Source of the DNA: Tagaea sp. | GTDB lineage: Bacteria; Pseudomonadota; Alphaproteobacteria; CACIAM-22H2 | NCBI GenBank assembly: GCA_044356395.1 | Contig: JBIKWI010000001.1 | Location: forward strand, 3,921 to 67,920 | DNA: 64,000 bases | Direction: 5' to 3' | In this document: piece after piece, positions 60,009 to 64,000 of the stretch | Numbering within the stretch: the stretch's first letter is position 1 | Layout: each line of letters starts with the position of its first letter | Translations under genes and position numbers: made by a program | Notes under the pieces: generated by a model | Seen by the model: the letters and a program-made list of their open reading frames with translations, nothing else | Database searches by the model: none | What the model was told of the DNA's origin: nothing

Positions 60009-60953
60009 ATGGCAAAGCTAAAATCGATGGTCGCGGCGGCGGCGATGCTGCTGGCGGGCACGGCAGCCGCACAGGCGGTCGAGATCGGCGTGATCGGATT
60101 CCAGTTTTCTTCCGAGACGCACGCGCGCGTGGCCAATGCCGCGGCGGCGGCGGCGAAGGCGAAGGGCTGGGGCGTCACGCTGCTCAATTCGGAAGGTTCG
60201 CTGCCCAAACACGCCGAGCAGTTCGAGGCGCTCATCTCCAAGAAGGTCGATGCGATCGTCATCGCCATGGGCAAGCCGGTCGAGGCGGACGCGCAGTTCA
60301 AGATGGCCAAGGACCGCGGCATCCCCGTCATCACCGTCCAGTCGGGAGCGGGCCCGCACGCGTTGTTCGACATCCAGACCAATGAATACAAGGTCGGTGC
60401 CGATGCGGCCATGTATCTGCTCGGGCAGATGGGCTACACGGGCAACATCCTGACCGTCCGCTTCGAAGGCAACATCGCCTCGCGCATCCGCGGCAAGGTC
60501 CTCGACACGGTCGTGTCGGAGAACACGGCCGTCAAGGAAATCGGCAAGCACTCGATGGCGCGCACGCAGAGCTGGCGCGACGACGTGCGGGCCGGCGTGC
60601 AGGCGCTGCTGCTGCAGAACCAGGGCAAGATCAACGGCATCTGGGCGTCGTTCGACGGGCAGGCCTACATCATCGACGACCTGCTGAAGGCGCAGGGCGT
60701 CAAGAAGGGCCAGATCCCGCTGGTGTCGGTCGACGGCGGCGAAGACAGCTACCGTCGCATCGCCGATCCGGAAAGCACGTTCCTCGCCACTGTCACGATC
60801 CCGTTCGAGGCGATGGGCGTCAAGGCGGTCGATGCCGTCGAGACCATCGTCGTCAAGAAGCAGCCCGCGACGTCGATCGTCAGCGGTCCGTATCTGTTCA
60901 TGGACGCCGTCGTCGTCGACAAGAACAACGTCAACGCCTATCTGAAGAAGTGA
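60009..60953 (+). CDS. Sugar ABC transporter substrate-binding protein (CUT2, RbsB/periplasmic-binding-protein type I)
   Basis: Signal MAKLKSMVAAAAMLLAGTAAAQA; GGGAG RBS. Confidence 0.85.
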   Translation: MAKLKSMVAAAAMLLAGTAAAQAVEIGVIGFQFSSETHARVANAAAAAAKAKGWGVTLLNSEGSLPKHAEQFEALISKKVDAIVIAMGKPVEADAQFKMAKDRGIPVITVQSGAGPHALFDIQTNEYKVGADAAMYLLGQMGYTGNILTVRFEGNIASRIRGKVLDTVVSENTAVKEIGKHSMARTQSWRDDVRAGVQALLLQNQGKINGIWASFDGQAYIIDDLLKAQGVKKGQIPLVSVDGGEDSYRRIADPESTFLATVTIPFEAMGVKAVDAVETIVVKKQPATSIVSGPYLFMDAVVVDKNNVNAYLKK

Positions 60954-61012
60954 CCGGGTGCCGGGCGGGGAAACCCGCCCGGACTCTTCCGGCGCCAGGG
61001 ACGACGCGCGCG

Positions 61013-61789
61013 ATGGCGGACGACGGGAAATCGGATGCGGCACTGTTCTCGCTGCGCGGCATCGCCAAAAGCTACGGCGCGGTCCAGGCGCTCGCCGGCA
61101 TCGATCTCGACGTCTTTCCCGGCGACGTGCTCGCCATCTGCGGCGACAACGGTGCCGGGAAATCGACCCTGATCAAGATCCTGTCGGGCGCGCAGGCACC
61201 CAGCGACGGCACGATGTCGCTGCGCGGCGTTCCGGTGCATTTCCGGTCGCCGCACGATGCGCTCGCGCAGGGCGTCGCGACAATCTACCAGGATCTGGCG
61301 CTTGCACCCCGGCTGTCGATCGCCGCCAACATCTTCATGGGGGCCGAGCGCACGCGCGCTCTCGGGCTGCCGTTTATCCGGATCCTCGACAAGGCCCGCA
61401 TGGCGCGCGAATCGCGAGAGTACCTCGCGCGCCTTTCGGTCGACATCGCGGACATGTCGCGGCCCGTCGAGCGCCTGTCGGGAGGCCAGCGGCAGGCGGT
61501 CGCGATCTCGCGCGCGCTCCGCTGGAACGCCGAGATCATCATCATGGACGAGCCGACGGCGGCATTGGGCGTCAAGGAGACCGCGCAGGTTCTCGACCTG
61601 GTCCGCGCGCTGAAGGCGCAGGGCCACACGATCCTGCTGATCAGCCACAACATGCGCGATGTGGTGGCGCTGGCCACGCGGGTCGCGATCCTGAAGAGCG
61701 GACGCAAGATCGCCGACCGGCCGATCGGCGGACTGTCCGCCGACGATCTCAGCCACATGATCATGTCGGCCGAACAGGAGGCCGCGTGA
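61013..61789 (+). CDS. Sugar ABC transporter ATP-binding protein (single nucleotide-binding domain)
   Basis: GDNGAGKSTL; LSGGQRQ; IIMDEP; only 258 aa, a single NBD rather than the tandem RbsA type. Confidence 0.85.
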   Translation: MADDGKSDAALFSLRGIAKSYGAVQALAGIDLDVFPGDVLAICGDNGAGKSTLIKILSGAQAPSDGTMSLRGVPVHFRSPHDALAQGVATIYQDLALAPRLSIAANIFMGAERTRALGLPFIRILDKARMARESREYLARLSVDIADMSRPVERLSGGQRQAVAISRALRWNAEIIIMDEPTAALGVKETAQVLDLVRALKAQGHTILLISHNMRDVVALATRVAILKSGRKIADRPIGGLSADDLSHMIMSAEQEAA

Positions 61790-62715
61790 CAGCGCGCACG
61801 CTCGTCGTCGATACCGATCCGGGGCAGGACGATGCGGTGGCCCTTCTGCTCGCCTTCGCGCATCCGGAAGTTTTCGACGTCAAGCTCGTTTCGACCGTTG
61901 CAGGCAATGTCGGTCTTGCCCGGACGACCGCCAACGCGCTGCGGATCCGCGAGCTTGCCGGCCGCGGCGACGTGCCAGTCCATGCCGGAATGGCGGGGCC
62001 GATGATCGTGCCGCTGGAAACCGCCGAGTTCATAAGCGGTCCGGACGGGCTGGCCGGGTCTGGACTGCCCGAGCCTGAATCGGCCGTCGCCGAGGGCCAT
62101 GCCGTCGAGGCGTTGATCCGTCTCGTAAGGACAGCGCCGCCGGGCAGCGTGACGGTCTGCGCGCTCGGCCCGCTGACCAATATCGCGATGGCGCTTCGTC
62201 TGGCGCCGGATATCGCACCGCGACTGGGGCTGCTGTCGATCATGGGCGGTGCCCTGTCGCTCGGGAACATGACGCCGGCGGCCGAGTTCAATTTCTATGT
62301 CGATCCGCATGCGGCCGCCGTCGTGATGGCGGCGGGCGTGAAGACGGCGCTTTTCGGGCTCGACCTCACGCATCAGGCGATCGCTTCGCCCGCACATGTC
62401 GACAGGCTCGCGGCGCTTGGCACGCGCGCGGGTGCATGCGTCCACGGCATGTTGACGCGCCCGCGACCCGGCGGCATGGCGACGAAGGCGCACCCGATGC
62501 ACGACCCGTGTACCGTCGCGTGGCTGCTCTGGCCCGACCTGTTCGAGGGGCGCGACTGCCATGTTGAGATCGAGACCGAAGGGCGCGTGCGCGGCCGCTC
62601 GACGATCGACTGGAACGGCCGCACGAAGCGCCCGGCCAACGCGTTCGTCGCCTCGAAGGTCGACGCGGCGACGCTTTTCGACCGGATGATCGATTCGATC
62701 GCCCGGCTGCCCTAG
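61786..62715 (+). CDS. Nucleoside hydrolase (inosine-uridine-preferring family)
   Basis: LVVDTDPGQDDAVAL matches the DxDxxxDD aspartate cluster; GTG start overlapping the ATPase stop (GTGA). Confidence 0.8.
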   Translation: MTARTLVVDTDPGQDDAVALLLAFAHPEVFDVKLVSTVAGNVGLARTTANALRIRELAGRGDVPVHAGMAGPMIVPLETAEFISGPDGLAGSGLPEPESAVAEGHAVEALIRLVRTAPPGSVTVCALGPLTNIAMALRLAPDIAPRLGLLSIMGGALSLGNMTPAAEFNFYVDPHAAAVVMAAGVKTALFGLDLTHQAIASPAHVDRLAALGTRAGACVHGMLTRPRPGGMATKAHPMHDPCTVAWLLWPDLFEGRDCHVEIETEGRVRGRSTIDWNGRTKRPANAFVASKVDAATLFDRMIDSIARLP

Positions 62716-62726
62716 GACGAACGCAC

Positions 62727-63209
62727 ATGACGCATCCCGTCGACGCACATCTGGAACTGGCCGAACGGGCCATCGCCGCGATGCAGGATGCCGCGCTTGC
62801 GGCAAGAGCCGCGCACGCGCGAGCCGAACTCCTGCGCCACATGCGCACGACGGCCCGCAAGATGGCTAGCCAACCGGTCGATGCCGCCGCCGCGAAGGTC
62901 TGCGGGGAGTGGATGAAGGCGTGGAGCCTCGATGCAGGCGCCTATCCCGCGCTCGCCGAGGATATCCGCCGGTTCGCGGCCGCCTTCTGCGCCGACGCGA
63001 CCGGTTCCACGCCGGCGACGCAGGGCGAGATTTCCGCGTCTCTCGCGGGGCTGGAAGCGGGGTTCGTCGCGACCGGCACGACGTTGGCCGACCAGATGGC
63101 GTTCCGCTCTGAATGCGCGCACGGTTGGTGGGAGCTTGTCGTACCAAAACCGGCAGGCGGGCCCGGTGGCGGGTTCTGGACACGCGGCTGTCCGCCGCAC
63201 TGCCGATAG
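62727..63209 (+). CDS. Hypothetical protein (160 aa, Ala-rich, C-terminal HGWW...GCPPHC)
   Basis: Clean ORF with GC3 and codon usage like its neighbours; the antisense alternative is Arg-rich junk; no family recognised. Confidence 0.45.
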   Translation: MTHPVDAHLELAERAIAAMQDAALAARAAHARAELLRHMRTTARKMASQPVDAAAAKVCGEWMKAWSLDAGAYPALAEDIRRFAAAFCADATGSTPATQGEISASLAGLEAGFVATGTTLADQMAFRSECAHGWWELVVPKPAGGPGGGFWTRGCPPHCR

Positions 63210-63235
63210 ACGGAAAAATCGAAAGGAAAGACCCG

Positions 63236-64000
63236 ATGTACGATCTGGTTTTGACGGGCGGCCGTGTCGTCGATCCGGCACAGGGCCTCGACGCGGTGTC
63301 CGACGTCGCGTTCCGCGACGGGCGCGTTGCCGCAGTCGGCCAGAAGCTAGGGCCTTCCAAGGCCAGCCGCGACGTGACGGGCAAGATGGTCGTGCCCGGA
63401 CTCATCGACCTGCACACGCACGTCTATTGGGGCGGCACGTCGATCGGCGTCGATCCGGACGCCTATGCAAAACGTGCGGGCTGCACGACGCTGATCGACG
63501 CGGGGACCGCCGGCCCCGGCAACCTGCCGGGCTTCCGCAAGCACATCGTCGAGCAGTGCGGCGTGCGCATCCTGCCGTTCATGAACATCTCCTATCCGGG
63601 CATCTTCGCCTTCGGTTCCTACGTGATGGTCGGCGAGTGCGAGGACCTTCGCATGCTGAGCCCGCGCGCCTGCCGCGACATCGGGCGCGAGCACGCGGAC
63701 CTGATCGTCGGCATCAAGGTGCGCGTGGGCCGGAGCGCTTCGGGCGAATCGGGACTTGCGCCGCTCGACATGGCGCTCGAGGTCGCCGACCATCTCGGCA
63801 TCCCGGTGATGGCGCATCTCGACCATCCGCCGCCTTATCGCAGCGAGGTGATGCCGCGCCTGCGCAAGGGTGACATCCTGACGCACTGCTACCGGCCCTT
63901 TCCCAACGCGCCGGTCACCGGCGACGGCCGGGTGCAGGACGACGTGCGGGCGGCACGCGCGCGCGGCGTGATCTTCGACATCGGGCATGGTGCCGGTTCG
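63236..64000 (+). CDS. Amidohydrolase / deacetylase-family metallohydrolase (dihydroorotase-like), 3'-truncated by window edge
   Basis: Not in the ORF track because it has no stop before base 64000. Manual translation from the ATG at 63236 gives MYDLVLTGGRVVDPAQG...VVPGLIDLHTHVYWGG (metal-binding HxH); GAAAGGAAAG RBS. Confidence 0.75.
   Translation, partial: MYDLVLTGGRVVDPAQGLDAVSDVAFRDGRVAAVGQKLGPSKASRDVTGKMVVPGLIDLHTHVYWGGTSIGVDPDAYAKRAGCTTLIDAGTAGPGNLPGFRKHIVEQCGVRILPFMNISYPGIFAFGSYVMVGECEDLRMLSPRACRDIGREHADLIVGIKVRVGRSASGESGLAPLDMALEVADHLGIPVMAHLDHPPPYRSEVMPRLRKGDILTHCYRPFPNAPVTGDGRVQDDVRAARARGVIFDIGHGAGS

Overview
This 64-kb window comes from a high-GC (roughly two-thirds G+C) proteobacterial chromosome and is densely packed with coding sequence on both strands. 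I found no rRNA, tRNA, CRISPR array, transposase, integrase or phage-like gene by eye. Nearly every gene is a transporter, a transcriptional regulator or a small-molecule catabolic enzyme. Gene calls come from the six-frame track combined with motif recognition; start codons were checked by codon arithmetic against the printed sequence.

Overall layout:
- 1-4797 (+): a CUT1-type sugar ABC system (5'-truncated binding protein plus two permeases, no ATPase), a LacI regulator and a HIBADH-type dehydrogenase.
- 4801-12446 (-): GntR, a cytoplasmic Cys-type sulfatase, a NitT/TauT-type ABC importer that carries an unrecognised 107-aa membrane-protein gene inside it, an aldo/keto reductase and an amidohydrolase-2 lactonase-like enzyme. 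Most junctions are 4-nt ATGA overlaps.
- 12514-12873 (+): a convergent L-rhamnose-mutarotase-family gene.
- 12870-19166 (-): GntR, an enolase-superfamily dehydratase, a second NitT/TauT ABC importer and an SMP-30 lactonase.
- 19269-26479: two paralogous tripartite tricarboxylate transporter operons in different gene order (tctCBA on the minus strand, tctBAC on the plus strand) on either side of a LysR regulator.
- 26515-43302 (+): a 17-kb array made of a second CUT1 system (again no ATPase), a DUF4432-like epimerase-fold protein, two more cytoplasmic sulfatases, a 713-aa DUF3604-like protein, a dienelactone hydrolase, three Gfo/Idh/MocA oxidoreductases and a third NitT/TauT importer.
- 43319-45892 (-): a fourth NitT/TauT importer.
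- 45997-53036: a Gsi/Dpp-like peptide ABC importer ending in an isoaspartyl-peptidase/asparaginase gene, with a divergent MarR gene directly followed by the family-5 binding protein.
- 53114-55583 (+): a creatininase-family gene, a ketopantoate-reductase-like gene and an SDR gene, all joined by ATGA overlaps.
- 55587-64000: a convergent polysaccharide deacetylase, then a ribokinase / FGGY kinase / CUT2 ABC / nucleoside hydrolase cluster, a hypothetical protein and a 3'-truncated amidohydrolase.

Main hypothesis (inference only): the sulfatase / NitT-TauT / sugar-acid-enzyme architecture is an uncharacterised route for cytoplasmic desulfation and non-phosphorylative oxidation of imported sulfated (or sulfonated) monosaccharides. 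The 107-aa orphan membrane protein and the DUF3604/DUF4432 pair are the least-explained components.
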